A stretch of 25,862 nucleotides of DNA from a virus (IMGVR_UViG_3300025035_000093:1-25862), one strand, 5' to 3'; positions 9,132 to 18,624 are shown, counted from the first letter of the stretch. Numbers and translations: made by a program. The notes: generated by a model not told the origin, from the sequence alone.

Positions 9132-11350
9132 TATCCCTGAACCTCTTGAATTATTTCTGTAATCTCGAAGCGGTTCGGCTCTCCAGCGGAAAACCGCATC
9201 TCGGGATGCGTCCGGTTGCCGAAGATGTTGAACCGGTAGCGATCGGTCTTGAGTGGCGGCATTTCCGCGAGGTTGTCCATCGGCCCGTATGGCGGGATCA
9301 TGCTGGCCGTGCTGTTGCGCAGGAAGGTGATCGTCACCGTCTCCCGCACCGACACGCCCGCGCGGATGACGCGCGCCTTTATCATCCCGTGACGCGGGCT
9401 CTGGATGATCTCGCGCGGCCATGGTTCGGCAAAGGGCTCCGAGTAAACGCCGACATATCCGCCGATCAGCGTTGGCGGGGAATACAGATTGCCGGTTGCA
9501 TCGACCCGCACGGCTTCGCTCTTGCGACCGCTCCAGACGAACGCATCAAGGTCTTTCGGCAAGTGGCTGCACGGATCTCCTGCGGTCATGTCGCCCACGT
9601 TCGGAACGGCGGCATCGAGGAAATAGTCCGGTTCGAACGCCTCAAGCGTGGTTCGGTAGCCAGCCACGTCCGATCCGCGCGTGACTATCACATGATACTT
9701 TCCGAACAATTCAAAGGTGTCGAGGATCTGGCCGCCGAGGCGCCACGGGATGAACCCCACCTGGTTCGCGCCGAAGTTCGAGAACCACGACATGACAGCC
9801 AGCGGTGCCTCCGGTGTCACACCGGCAACAACCGTCGTCGGGGTGTTGGCGACAAGCATGTAGCGTTCATCGAAATCGCTGCTTTCCACGGCGCCGCAGA
9901 TCGCCACCGGCCTGTTGATGAGACTCCCGTGCAGCGCGCTCACGTCGACCACGGACCAGTTGAGATAGACGTTCCCATCCAGCACGCAGGCCGCGATGGC
10001 GCTGCGGCCGCGTTCGACAAAGACCACGTTGCTTTCGATCAGCGCGGGCCGAACCGGGCCGCAGCCGCGTTCGCTGAATTGCACGATCTGGAAGTTCGAC
10101 GGGCTCAAAACCTCTCCGTCCCGCGTCTTCACGTAATAGCACCCCCGATCCGCGAGGATGATGAGATCAAGCGCCGAAATCATGTGTCGGAATCGGGCGT
10201 TGTTGTTCCCGCCCTGGCGAACGATAGCGTCGTCATCGTTCAGGCCCTGGCCGAAATCGTTGAAGGCGCGCGGCGACGAAATGGCCACAAGGTTCGGAAC
10301 AAGGGGGAAGTCACAGAGCGCCAGCCGCCCGTCGATCGCGACACCGGACCTTGGCCAGCCGCGTCGATCGGACCAGAGCTGTTCATCCCAGACCGAGCAG
10401 GCAACGGGGTTGGCCGCCTTGAGCACAGAGCTTGGGGAAACCGCGGAGTTTGGCCCGACGATTTCATCGCTGGTCAAGGGGCCGCCGTATGCCGCGCCGC
10501 TGTGGGAGCTTACCAACTCGCCATTTCCAAAAGCCGGGTCGCGATTCAGCGTCACCGCCGTCATGACCGCGCCGACGATATTGGTGATGATCCCGGTCCA
10601 GTTCGTTTGGCTTGCCGTCACCACCTGACCGATGCGAAATCCGGTCAGGTCCGCCGCGCTTGAGAACGTGATGGTGAAGGTCGGCGGCAGCTCCGTCGCG
10701 ACCGTCGCCGTGACCGAAGTGGTCGAGGTATACGCCGTGATGAGCAATTCCTTTTGCGCGTAGCGAATCCGATCGCCCACCCAGTCTGCGGAAAACAGGT
10801 CGGCCGAGGCGGTGACAGTAACGCTGCCGGTATAGGCTGACGGGGTGAGCGATATGCCCTGCTTGTAGGACCAGTAAGGGAGGCTCTTTTCGCCACCGCC
10901 TTGCTCGGCAAAGGCCAATGCGCCGAAGTCCCACGTCCCCTCATCGTAGGTCAGGACATAGAATTCCGACCCGCCGAAAACCGTCGCGTTCTGAAACGAG
11001 GCCACCCATGCCGTCGACGGATCCGCGCCCCAAGGGACCGTTCCGTATGTCTCGACCTCGGTGTAGTCCGTGTCCCAGATTTCCAGCGAGTTGGGCTTCA
11101 ACACGACCGAAAAGAGTGTTTCGACGCCACCATTCTGGACGCGGATCTCGAAGAATTTCCATGATGCAACCGCCAGCGCCTTGAAGCCGGTGCAGGGTCG
11201 GTTGACCAGTGTTCGCGAATTGGACACGCGAAGGTCGGAGGCCGCCTTTAGGGATTGGCTGCGCATCTCCAGATCGTCCGCGTCGATGAAGCCCGGAAGC
11301 ATCACGCCAAGAGAGAAGTCCCGCTGGACGATCGTTTGCTTTTCAACCAC
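9131..11350 (-). CDS. Tail tubular protein B / nozzle (T7 gp12-like), 739 aa
   Basis: N-terminal QRDFSLG, WDEQLWSDRRGWPRS...DGRL, beta-propeller-like composition, size and position after the adaptor. Confidence 0.85.
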   Translation of the reverse strand: MVEKQTIVQRDFSLGVMLPGFIDADDLEMRSQSLKAASDLRVSNSRTLVNRPCTGFKALAVASWKFFEIRVQNGGVETLFSVVLKPNSLEIWDTDYTEVETYGTVPWGADPSTAWVASFQNATVFGGSEFYVLTYDEGTWDFGALAFAEQGGGEKSLPYWSYKQGISLTPSAYTGSVTVTASADLFSADWVGDRIRYAQKELLITAYTSTTSVTATVATELPPTFTITFSSAADLTGFRIGQVVTASQTNWTGIITNIVGAVMTAVTLNRDPAFGNGELVSSHSGAAYGGPLTSDEIVGPNSAVSPSSVLKAANPVACSVWDEQLWSDRRGWPRSGVAIDGRLALCDFPLVPNLVAISSPRAFNDFGQGLNDDDAIVRQGGNNNARFRHMISALDLIILADRGCYYVKTRDGEVLSPSNFQIVQFSERGCGPVRPALIESNVVFVERGRSAIAACVLDGNVYLNWSVVDVSALHGSLINRPVAICGAVESSDFDERYMLVANTPTTVVAGVTPEAPLAVMSWFSNFGANQVGFIPWRLGGQILDTFELFGKYHVIVTRGSDVAGYRTTLEAFEPDYFLDAAVPNVGDMTAGDPCSHLPKDLDAFVWSGRKSEAVRVDATGNLYSPPTLIGGYVGVYSEPFAEPWPREIIQSPRHGMIKARVIRAGVSVRETVTITFLRNSTASMIPPYGPMDNLAEMPPLKTDRYRFNIFGNRTHPEMRFSAGEPNRFEITEIIQEVQG

Positions 11351-11948
11351 GGCGGAACCTCGCGTCCGCGAACACCGATGTCTTGCGGAACAGCGGCTTG
11401 GGCCCGGATTTGTTGGCCGACGAGGTGCGCGCGCGCTGCAAATACATCTGCGCTTCCGCCTCCAGCCGGTCGGCCAGCGAGTGTTCCTCCTTCATCGCCC
11501 GCGCGATGTGCATCTCCATCTTCTTCTGGATGCCAAGTGCGAAATTCGGAGAAAACTGGTCCGCGTCCATCGCCTCGACAATCTCGACCCAGATCCCTTC
11601 GGGGGCGTTCACGTTCAGACCGGTGCCGTCCTGCTGCCAGTTGTCGAAATAGATGCGCTGCCCGTCCGTTGCCTCGGTGAAGACGCGCCGCACATGCAGA
11701 GCTTGCGATGGAAGCCAGTAGCGATCGGTGAAGCCGAACCGACCATCACCGATGCGCTCGATCAGTTCCTGTTCGACGAATTGGTGCGCATAGCCGCCGT
11801 CCTCCAGTTCGCTTTCGACCAGGAATGGCCATTGCGCCGCAAGGGTGCGCCACTCCAGAGACCCGTCGCTTTCGGCTGAAAGCTCGGTCTGGCCCTGCGC
11901 CAACAGGGCTGCATTGATGATGCCGAGGCGTGAAAATGTTGTGCTCAT
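11343..11948 (-). CDS. Tail tubular protein A / adaptor (T7 gp11-like), 201 aa
   Basis: Probable start ATG 11948; IINAALLAQG N-terminus, GFTDRYWLPSQAL and FSPNFALGI motifs; the track's longer start overlaps a terminator. Confidence 0.8.
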   Translation of the reverse strand: MSTTFSRLGIINAALLAQGQTELSAESDGSLEWRTLAAQWPFLVESELEDGGYAHQFVEQELIERIGDGRFGFTDRYWLPSQALHVRRVFTEATDGQRIYFDNWQQDGTGLNVNAPEGIWVEIVEAMDADQFSPNFALGIQKKMEMHIARAMKEEHSLADRLEAEAQMYLQRARTSSANKSGPKPLFRKTSVFADARFRRG

Positions 11949-11981
11949 GGCGGCAGATTGTGTCGCAACTCCCGTCCTGAT

Positions 11982-11990
11982 CCATGCACG
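11982..11990 (-). promoter_or_regulatory. Putative late-promoter motif CGTGCATGG, copy 2
   Basis: Directly after the terminator; CAATCT after a 21-nt spacer; ATG 33 nt past the motif with no Shine-Dalgarno. Confidence 0.6.
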
Positions 11991-11991
11991 C

Positions 11992-12018
11992 AAAAGGGGC
12001 AGGCTTTCGCCCACCCCT
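11992..12018 (-). terminator. Rho-independent terminator after the capsid module
   Basis: Minus strand AGGGGTGGGC-GAAA-GCCTGCCCCT-TTT: 10-bp stem with two G-U pairs, GAAA tetraloop, short U tract. Confidence 0.75.
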
Positions 12019-12050
12019 CCTGTCGCGCGCCAAGGGCTTGGTCAGCCGCC

Positions 12051-12419
12051 CTAGCCTTCGTCACCCTCGTCGACGGCAACTTCGTCATCCACCACCTCGA
12101 TGGACTCCAATTGGAGGCGGATCGCCTGGATCATGTCGCTGCGCCGGATCTGTTTCCCGTTCGGGCGTTTCGCGCCCAACTGGAAATACATCACCTTCAG
12201 TTGCTCGGTCGACATGCCGTCCAACTCCACCGCTGCCACGTTCGGCGCCGTTGCATCGCTTATGATCTCATACATGCCGCCGCTGTTGTGGATCGCCTCG
12301 ATCGCGGTGTTGTAATCGACCCGCTTGGATCCAGCCTCCTTGACCTTCTTGAAGACCGCCGCATCGACGGCAGACCCCTTGAAGGTTCGGACGGGCTTGA
12401 TCGTTACCATCGTTACCAT
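12051..12419 (-). CDS. Hypothetical protein in head module, 122 aa
   Basis: Tightly packed ORF with GGAGG RBS; C-terminal small helical element (LDGMSTEQLK...) and acidic tail. Confidence 0.7.
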   Translation of the reverse strand: MVTMVTIKPVRTFKGSAVDAAVFKKVKEAGSKRVDYNTAIEAIHNSGGMYEIISDATAPNVAAVELDGMSTEQLKVMYFQLGAKRPNGKQIRRSDMIQAIRLQLESIEVVDDEVAVDEGDEG

Positions 12420-12422
12420 GGC

Positions 12423-12854
12423 CTATGCCTCCTTCGAGATGAACGCGCTGAACCCGATGGACGGCGAGGTGCCGGTCACGTCCAGGTGCAGGTCGATGTA
12501 GCGGAACGCGGTGCCGTTCAGGTCGGATCGCGCCCAGAGCACATGGCGGTCGCCCGCAATGGTGTCCCGCGTCTGGATCGGCAACGTGCCAGCGTCACCC
12601 AGCTCCAGCGTGGCAAGAACCTGCCCATCCGACCGGTCAGCCACGTTCGACCCGACGACGCGGAGCGTGTAGGTTTCATTGCCGGCCGAGACCTTGCAGG
12701 ACTCAACGTCGATCACGGTGACGAAATCGGTCTCGACCGCGCCACCCTGATCCCACTGCGTCCCCACATAGGCATCCGCGGTCAGCGCAGCGAGGCCCTT
12801 TGCCCGCTTGATGAGGCCGACCGAGGCGTCGATGGCGTAATATTTGCTCAGCAT
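12423..12854 (-). CDS. Capsid cement/decoration protein (BPP-1 Bbp16-like position), 143 aa
   Basis: Strong RBS (AAGGAG), beta-rich, FRYIDLHLDVTGT near C-terminus, directly after the major capsid gene. Confidence 0.7.
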   Translation of the reverse strand: MLSKYYAIDASVGLIKRAKGLAALTADAYVGTQWDQGGAVETDFVTVIDVESCKVSAGNETYTLRVVGSNVADRSDGQVLATLELGDAGTLPIQTRDTIAGDRHVLWARSDLNGTAFRYIDLHLDVTGTSPSIGFSAFISKEA

Positions 12855-12877
12855 GGTGTATTCTCCTTTTGCTGAAT

Positions 12878-13843
12878 TTACGCCGCGATCGGCGCGTTGG
12901 TGATGGACGACAGCCGAAGCGCCGAGAACGGATCACAGATCATGAGACCGACATCGTGCTCGACGTTCGTGCGGTGGGTGAAGCCGTCCTCCAGAAGCCC
13001 ATAGTCGTGGACCTCCATCGGCTGCTGCTCCAGCGCGCAGACGCCATCCTCCGAGAACCGCATCACGTAGATCGAAGTGGTGACGGCGGAACCGCCACCA
13101 ACCGCCACTTCGTTGAACGGCAGGAACTCACCGAAGGGACCGACACCGTATCCGGTATAGATCCTGATGCCGCGATAGGAGACCTGCTCCTTCCCGAATT
13201 CGTCGGCCTGCACATTGATGAAGCCGCCGATCTGCGTGTTCCGCTGCGCGGCGGGGAAACGACCCTTGATCGCCAGCGGCATGATGATCGCGTTGGGATT
13301 CTCCACCAGGTCGATTGCGCGATCCAGTTGAGCCAGCGACAGCGCGGCGCCGCCCGAGGATGCCGAGTTGGCGAGGATCCGGCTGCGATAGTTGCTGCCA
13401 TCGGTGGACCCGCCCACGGACTTGAGGCGCGGCTTGACGCCGGTGTATTCCCGGCTGTTGGCCTGGTTGTCACCGAAGAACGTGGTCTGTGCCCAGACGG
13501 ATGCGAATTTCTTCGCCTGCATCCGCTCCTGCCGCGACTTGGCGTCCATGCCCTGCCGCGCGATCAGGCGGCGATCGACATCGAGGTTGCCAGCCATGGG
13601 AAAGGTCTTCTCCACTTTGTCCAGCATCAGGCCGTAGCCTGCGGACGGGCCCTCGTTCAGCGCGCGGAAGCCCACGTTGTCAGGCAGAGCGCCTTCCTCC
13701 ATGTAGCGATAGCTGCCGGAAGGTGCGGACATGAAGGGAATCACGCCCATGAAGTCGACCGACTCCGGGAACAGTTCGATGATAGCGCGGACCTTCTGGT
13801 CCTCGACGCCCTTTGCGTATTCGGGAAGCGTAATGGCCGGCAT
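12878..13843 (-). CDS. Major capsid protein (HK97 fold, BPP-1/epsilon15-like), 321 aa
   Basis: GAGGAG RBS; ITLPEYAK, LPDNVGFRALNEG, LDVDR, FFGD...EYTG, TSIYVMRF motifs; follows scaffold. Confidence 0.88.
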   Translation of the reverse strand: MPAITLPEYAKGVEDQKVRAIIELFPESVDFMGVIPFMSAPSGSYRYMEEGALPDNVGFRALNEGPSAGYGLMLDKVEKTFPMAGNLDVDRRLIARQGMDAKSRQERMQAKKFASVWAQTTFFGDNQANSREYTGVKPRLKSVGGSTDGSNYRSRILANSASSGGAALSLAQLDRAIDLVENPNAIIMPLAIKGRFPAAQRNTQIGGFINVQADEFGKEQVSYRGIRIYTGYGVGPFGEFLPFNEVAVGGGSAVTTSIYVMRFSEDGVCALEQQPMEVHDYGLLEDGFTHRTNVEHDVGLMICDPFSALRLSSITNAPIAA

Positions 13844-13854
13844 GGCTCATCTCC

Positions 13855-14613
13855 TCATGCAGATTGCTGGTTTGCCCGTCGCAGGCGCTCGAACGGCGAG
13901 ATGTTCTCGTCGGCCGCCACCCTCGGGCTGCTTGTGATGGGCCGCGTCGGCGCCCCGCCATTGATGAGGGCTTCCATGGCGCGGATCGCGTCGGCGGAAA
14001 CCATGCTGTTCAAAAGGGCGTCACGTTGGGCTTTGTTGGAAATCCGCGTTTCGGCGGCGCGGATGATCTTGTCGATGCGGGCTTGGCCTTGGGGGCCGAG
14101 GGCTTTCATCTCGGTCTCGCGGTCGGCGGCATACTGCGCGGCACGGCGAGCCTCGTAGCGCGCCATAATGCCGGCGGCGGTGGTGCCTGCCTCTGCGGGC
14201 AGTCCGTTCTCGTGCAGGAAGGTCTGCAACTCACCGACGATGGGGTTCTCGTTGTCGATCTCGAACTTGAACCACTCGGGCGGCTGGATCTCGCCATAGT
14301 CGAAGGCTTCATCGAGAGCGATCTGGTAATCGGCGGCTGATTCCGGGCGGCCTTCGGTCATCGCCGCAAGGGTGGCGTTCGCGTCGTCGTAGGCGGTGCG
14401 CAAGCCTTGGAAGTCGGGCTTTCCGTCCTCGCCCATGTGGGCTTCCGGCACCCACGAATAGTCTTCTGGGGTGGCCGATCCGGTATCGACGGGCGTGACG
14501 GCCGGATCGGCCTCTGCTGCCGCTTCGGCTGTCCCTCCGGCGGCGGCGTCAGGTTCTTCGTGAGCGATGCTGGCGAATGGGAACGCCACCTTCTGCTGGG
14601 TCGAGATAAGCAT
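13855..14613 (-). CDS. Capsid scaffolding/assembly protein, ~252 aa
   Basis: Probable start ATG 14613; acidic low-complexity N-terminus, RPESAADY motif, helical C-terminus; lies between portal and capsid genes. Confidence 0.75.
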   Translation of the reverse strand: MLISTQQKVAFPFASIAHEEPDAAAGGTAEAAAEADPAVTPVDTGSATPEDYSWVPEAHMGEDGKPDFQGLRTAYDDANATLAAMTEGRPESAADYQIALDEAFDYGEIQPPEWFKFEIDNENPIVGELQTFLHENGLPAEAGTTAAGIMARYEARRAAQYAADRETEMKALGPQGQARIDKIIRAAETRISNKAQRDALLNSMVSADAIRAMEALINGGAPTRPITSSPRVAADENISPFERLRRANQQSA

Positions 14614-14872
14614 TTTTGGGCCTCGTGATCTGCAATAAATCCGAGACAAGAAAACGCTGAGCGTTCAAATCTTCCAATGCACCGGACGGCGCGCCAAGCG
14701 GGACGTTTCGATCTTGAACCGCTTTATCCAGTAAATCCATAAGGATAGAGCCCTCGTCGGTGTCGAGAAGCGTCTTGATCGCAGCCTCTACTCGCATTTT
14801 TTCTTCTGCCGAAAGTTGCGCGAGATAGGCGAGGATAGGGCCGTTATGCGGGCGGAGCGGCTTGAGGTTCAT
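14549..14872 (-). CDS. Small head-module protein (Bbp19-like position), 107 aa
   Basis: LLDTDEGSILMDLL...LNAQRFLVSDL pattern of small proteins following podovirus portals. Confidence 0.6.
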   Translation of the reverse strand: MNLKPLRPHNGPILAYLAQLSAEEKMRVEAAIKTLLDTDEGSILMDLLDKAVQDRNVPLGAPSGALEDLNAQRFLVSDLLQITRPKNAYLDPAEGGVPIRQHRSRRT

Positions 14873-16346
14873 TCGGTTGGGCCTGTTGCTGTTTCGGGTT
14901 CAGCTTGAGCAATTCGTCGCCCGTCGCCTTGATGATGGCTTCGTAGGTGCCGCGCGCATCCACGACCTCGCCAAACTGGTCGCCGAACACGCCGGCGCCC
15001 AATTCGAGGTTCGCGCGGGTGATCTGCGCCTTGTCCTGGTTCTGCGCGCGCTGCATGGGCGAGATCGGGCGCACGTTGATGGTGGTGCCGTCGATCGTGA
15101 TCGCGCTTTCCATCTGCCCCTGCGTGACCGCGATGAACTCGACGCGATGGATCAGCGGCAACAGCAGCTCGGAGAACAGCGGCGCGGAAGGCTTGCCGAG
15201 GCGGGCCTGTACGCGGCGGCGCTCGTCAAGCCATTGCGAGGCCGTGGGCGGTGTGTCGCCGCGCTGTCTCGGACCGTCCTGGTAGAACCCCTTGCGGATC
15301 CGCTCCTCCATCTGCTCCTTGGTGTAGAAGCCGTAATCGAGGTTCGCGGGCGCGATCAGCGGCTCGGGCATTTGCTCGGAGCGGCGAGGATAGGCGTTGC
15401 CGCCCACAATCCCGTTGGAGAAATTCAGCACACCGTCGTCGATGTAGGTCCATGCGGGGTCCAGTTGCTCATCGAGCTTGCCAAGAACCACTTCCTCGAT
15501 CTTGTCCAGCACGAGCAGGTCGGGCAGGGACTTGATGCCCGGACCCCGGCCCCACGGGTTTTTCGGGCGCGGATTGAATCGACCGACCAGAAGCGGGCAA
15601 CCGCCGTTGATCGGCCCGAGCGGGACGACTTCCTCGGTGACGCGCTTTCCATCGACGGTGGTTTCCGTCACCCAAATCGGATTCCCGCGATCGGTCCAGT
15701 CGAGCCAGAAGCCGCGGCAGACCTTTGCCCACAGGCCGGGCTTTTCCATCTTGCGGGCGATGGCCGGATCGCTGAGATCCGCGTCGGGCAGGGTGGCGGC
15801 CAGAAACTCGCTCTGGACCCATTGTTCCCGGAAGCGATCGAGGTAGCCCTGGTGGCCTGGCACGATCAGCAATTCGTCGGGGGTGACGGTCTCGATGTAG
15901 AGCGGTTCCGCGAGGTGCCCGTTGTCGACCCAGATCGCCGGGGTTCCGTGCGAGCTGGCTTCGAACATGATCTGCGGCGCAATGTCGTTGAGGTTCGATT
16001 GCTCGATGATGTCGAACAGGTCTTGTTCGCGGGCGGAAACGATCGCTTCGACCTGTTCCGCTGCGTCGGCCGGGATCGGAACCATGACCTCGTATTCGGC
16101 CCATTGCATTTCGGCCGGCATGAAGAAGTTGACCAGATCGCCGGCAAGGTCGGTTGCCATTTCCTCACCGATGGAGATGTGGACATCGGGCTCGGGTCGG
16201 ACTCTGCGATTGGGGGTTTGGTTGAAGTCATCCACGCGATCGGACGCGCAGAAGCGCATCACCTCCCGAATGTCGGGTTCCACGACGCGGCGCCATGCTT
16301 TTGCGGCATTGTATCGCGACTGGAATGCTTGGGATGGCTTCTTCAT
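14844..16346 (-). CDS. Portal / head-tail connector (T7 gp8-like), 500 aa
   Basis: LAGDLVNFFMP..QW, PWGRGPG..SLPD, RIRKGFY, PPTASQW motifs; size and synteny. Confidence 0.9.
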   Translation of the reverse strand: MKKPSQAFQSRYNAAKAWRRVVEPDIREVMRFCASDRVDDFNQTPNRRVRPEPDVHISIGEEMATDLAGDLVNFFMPAEMQWAEYEVMVPIPADAAEQVEAIVSAREQDLFDIIEQSNLNDIAPQIMFEASSHGTPAIWVDNGHLAEPLYIETVTPDELLIVPGHQGYLDRFREQWVQSEFLAATLPDADLSDPAIARKMEKPGLWAKVCRGFWLDWTDRGNPIWVTETTVDGKRVTEEVVPLGPINGGCPLLVGRFNPRPKNPWGRGPGIKSLPDLLVLDKIEEVVLGKLDEQLDPAWTYIDDGVLNFSNGIVGGNAYPRRSEQMPEPLIAPANLDYGFYTKEQMEERIRKGFYQDGPRQRGDTPPTASQWLDERRRVQARLGKPSAPLFSELLLPLIHRVEFIAVTQGQMESAITIDGTTINVRPISPMQRAQNQDKAQITRANLELGAGVFGDQFGEVVDARGTYEAIIKATGDELLKLNPKQQQAQPNEPQAAPPA

Positions 16347-16504
16347 GCAGAGCGGATCAGGCTTGGCCGGCCGTAGACCGCGCTGTAGTCGCGCGAGAGG
16401 GACCGTGCTGTGCCCTGTGCAGCCGTGCGGCGCTCAGCTCTGGCCGTAAGGGCCTCCATCTGGCGCTGCCGCTTCGCTTCCGGGTCTTCTCGTGGTGTTT
16501 TCAT
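16343..16504 (-). CDS. Small basic protein preceding portal, 53 aa
   Basis: Manual translation MKTPREDPEAKRQRQMEALTARAERR...LIRSA; GGAG RBS; TGA overlaps portal ATG; below the ORF-track size cutoff. Confidence 0.65.
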   Translation of the reverse strand: MKTPREDPEAKRQRQMEALTARAERRTAAQGTARSLSRDYSAVYGRPSLIRSA

Positions 16505-16889
16505 AATGGAGCACTCCGCCGCTTTTCAGCAACTTCCTGCGAAGCTGAGCAGGGGTCCATGCACGGAGGCCCACGGCGGCCCCGCAGATGGCGGCACAGG
16601 TTCCGGGTGCCATCATGGGCAGGCTCCAGGTGCGGCGCGGAATTTCATATCGGATGATCTGTTCGGCGCATTGGATCCTCATCGCCAGAAGGGCCTCGAC
16701 CTCCTCCGCAACATGCGCCACCTCGACATGCAGGCCGGTGCGGTTGGGGTCGAGGAACAGCCACGTGTCGTCCTTGGTCACGCCCCAGGCGTCACAGTGC
16801 CCCCACCAGCGCATCGGATCGCGTGTCCTGCTGTAGAAGCCGAAGAACCAGACGCGCGGCACGTAGAGGTTATCCAGAACCGGGTTCAT
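16434..16889 (-). CDS. Hypothetical protein, possibly permuted papain-like (His before Cys), 151 aa
   Basis: ATG 16889 coupled to the TerL stop (ATGA); GHC...WLFLDP...TCAAICG...WTPAQL. Confidence 0.55.
   Translation of the reverse strand: MNPVLDNLYVPRVWFFGFYSRTRDPMRWWGHCDAWGVTKDDTWLFLDPNRTGLHVEVAHVAEEVEALLAMRIQCAEQIIRYEIPRRTWSLPMMAPGTCAAICGAAVGLRAWTPAQLRRKLLKSGGVLHYENTTRRPGSEAAAPDGGPYGQS
16557..16565 (-). promoter_or_regulatory. Putative late-promoter motif CGTGCATGG, copy 3 (upstream of small gene and portal)
   Basis: Exact 9-mer inside a coding region, 52 nt before ATG 16504; GAAGTT after a 20-nt spacer. Confidence 0.45.
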
Positions 16890-18379
16890 GAGCATTTCCG
16901 CAGCGTGACGCGCCGACGCCCCATCTTGACCGGCTCGGGTGGTTTGGCGTTGAAGCCGACGCCTCTCGGCCCCTCGCCGCCGATGATGAGCATGTTTTCG
17001 AACGCCTCGCTGACGTGGGAATACTCGTTCTTGTTCGGCGTTTCCTGGTAGGCGCCGGTCCCCCGGATCCTGCGGTAGTGATAGCCGCCGGCCAATCCGG
17101 TTCGCAACATCAGGCATCGCCGCGAGATCAGAAGCCCGCGGGACCGCATCAGCACGCTGTTGACCGTGTTTCGACGGACGCCCGGATCGTTGTTCGATGT
17201 CGCCTGAACGACCTTCATCCCGTGCTGCATGAAGATGTCATACGATGTCACGTTCGATATTTGCGACCGGTCTGATCCCCTTGGGTCGCCGCCGAAGATG
17301 AACTCGAATCCGGGGAATCTGGTAGACAGCCATCGCTTCACCTTTGGGGCGAATTCGACGGCCGGCTCGTTGTCACCGATCAGCTCATCGAAGACCTTCC
17401 ATTCTCCGTTGACCTGCTGCCCCGCGGTGGCCGCCGGATCCCGCCCGAAGTCCAGGCCGATCACGATCGGGATACTCGCAATGGGGGCAAGCACCTCGTC
17501 CGTCGCGTGCTCGTCCTCGGAATACGATGGATAGACCGGCTTTCCGCCCGAATACAGTCCCGTCCGGTTCATGATCCGCCGGTCGATCCACTCCTGCGTC
17601 TTGCCCTGTATCTGTTGCAGGTAGGTCTGCTTGAGGTTCTCCTGGTTCTCCGCCTCGGGATTGAAGAAATACAGCCGCCGCCCATCAACCACCTTCTCGA
17701 TCAATCCGGGCGGCTGGATGAAAAACTTCCAGTCCTCGGGCTTTTCCATCACCCGGCGCCGCTCATCCGACCACTCGTGCGGAACAGCCACATCGCCACG
17801 CATATACGTCGTCCAATGCCCCTCGGGCGGCGCGTTCATGTCCGCAAACCCGCCATACCATGTCGCACCCGGACCCCGCGCAGGCGACGGATACCGCCCC
17901 GTCCGTGACATAAGCTCGTCAACCGTCCCCTTCTCGTGAAACTGCACTTCGTTGATCCAGAACCCCGTCAACTCGAACGATGCACCCACAGCCTCCGCCT
18001 CCTCCGGCGATCCAACCGCGTGAAAAATCACCTCCGTGTTCACAAACGTCCCATCGCCAGACGGATGCTCGAACCTGATCTGGTGCGTCGGAGGAACGCC
18101 CTTCCTAAACGATCCAAAACGATCCTCGTCAAACCAGTCCAGCCACGTCTTCTGCGTCGTCTTCTGCAACTTCGGATACGTGTCCCGAACAATCATCCAT
18201 CGCGTCCGTCGCTCCCCATCCCAATCAGCATCCTGACCCGTCGCCAGAACCATGATCTTGTGACAGCACATCGAACTCGTCCCAGATCCAATCGGACCCT
18301 GGATGATCGAAAACGGCGAACGATCCCAAAAACACTCCATCAGAACCGAACCACGAGGCTCATACGCCGCCACACTCAT
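16886..18379 (-). CDS. terL: Terminase large subunit, 497 aa
   Basis: Walker A-like GPIGSGTS, IVRDTYPKL, Walker B-like FWINE, coupling motif DMNAP, nuclease IGLDFGRDPA, GDPRG and YSHVSEA. Confidence 0.92.
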   Translation of the reverse strand: MSVAAYEPRGSVLMECFWDRSPFSIIQGPIGSGTSSMCCHKIMVLATGQDADWDGERRTRWMIVRDTYPKLQKTTQKTWLDWFDEDRFGSFRKGVPPTHQIRFEHPSGDGTFVNTEVIFHAVGSPEEAEAVGASFELTGFWINEVQFHEKGTVDELMSRTGRYPSPARGPGATWYGGFADMNAPPEGHWTTYMRGDVAVPHEWSDERRRVMEKPEDWKFFIQPPGLIEKVVDGRRLYFFNPEAENQENLKQTYLQQIQGKTQEWIDRRIMNRTGLYSGGKPVYPSYSEDEHATDEVLAPIASIPIVIGLDFGRDPAATAGQQVNGEWKVFDELIGDNEPAVEFAPKVKRWLSTRFPGFEFIFGGDPRGSDRSQISNVTSYDIFMQHGMKVVQATSNNDPGVRRNTVNSVLMRSRGLLISRRCLMLRTGLAGGYHYRRIRGTGAYQETPNKNEYSHVSEAFENMLIIGGEGPRGVGFNAKPPEPVKMGRRRVTLRKCS

Positions 18380-18624
18380 CCGTCACCATCCATCGCTATC
18401 GCCATCTTCGAACGCTCCAGTATGCCTATCGCCTCGTCAGGACGCGCATATCGACGAACCACCAGCACACTATCGTCATCCCGCAAACAAACCACCAAAC
18501 TCGTCGCCAATACCTCCCCACTCTCAACCGCAGACAGAACCTCACCCAATATCCGAACAATAGCTGCCCGATGAGTCTCAAACTCCGTGTCCACACCACC
18601 AGCTATTCGAAGCAATCCACCCAT
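18376..18624 (-). CDS. Hypothetical protein, 82 aa
   Basis: Probable start ATG 18624 after GGGGGA; stop overlaps TerL ATG; AIGILERSK C-terminal helix. Confidence 0.6.
   Translation of the reverse strand: MGGLLRIAGGVDTEFETHRAAIVRILGEVLSAVESGEVLATSLVVCLRDDDSVLVVRRYARPDEAIGILERSKMAIAMDGDG

Noticed and set aside
8706-9422. Track start positions for several genes (9422, 12014, 14649, 17117, 18789, 19410, 21725, 24673, 25457)
   Set aside because: Extensions overlap upstream genes or regulatory sites; downstream starts with stop/start coupling, RBSs or promoter geometry fit better
7594-16376. Long plus-strand ORFs (7594-8787, 9116-10663, 11958-12875, 12869-14158, 14862-16376)
   Set aside because: Antisense shadows of well-supported structural genes in high-GC DNA; no recognisable motifs
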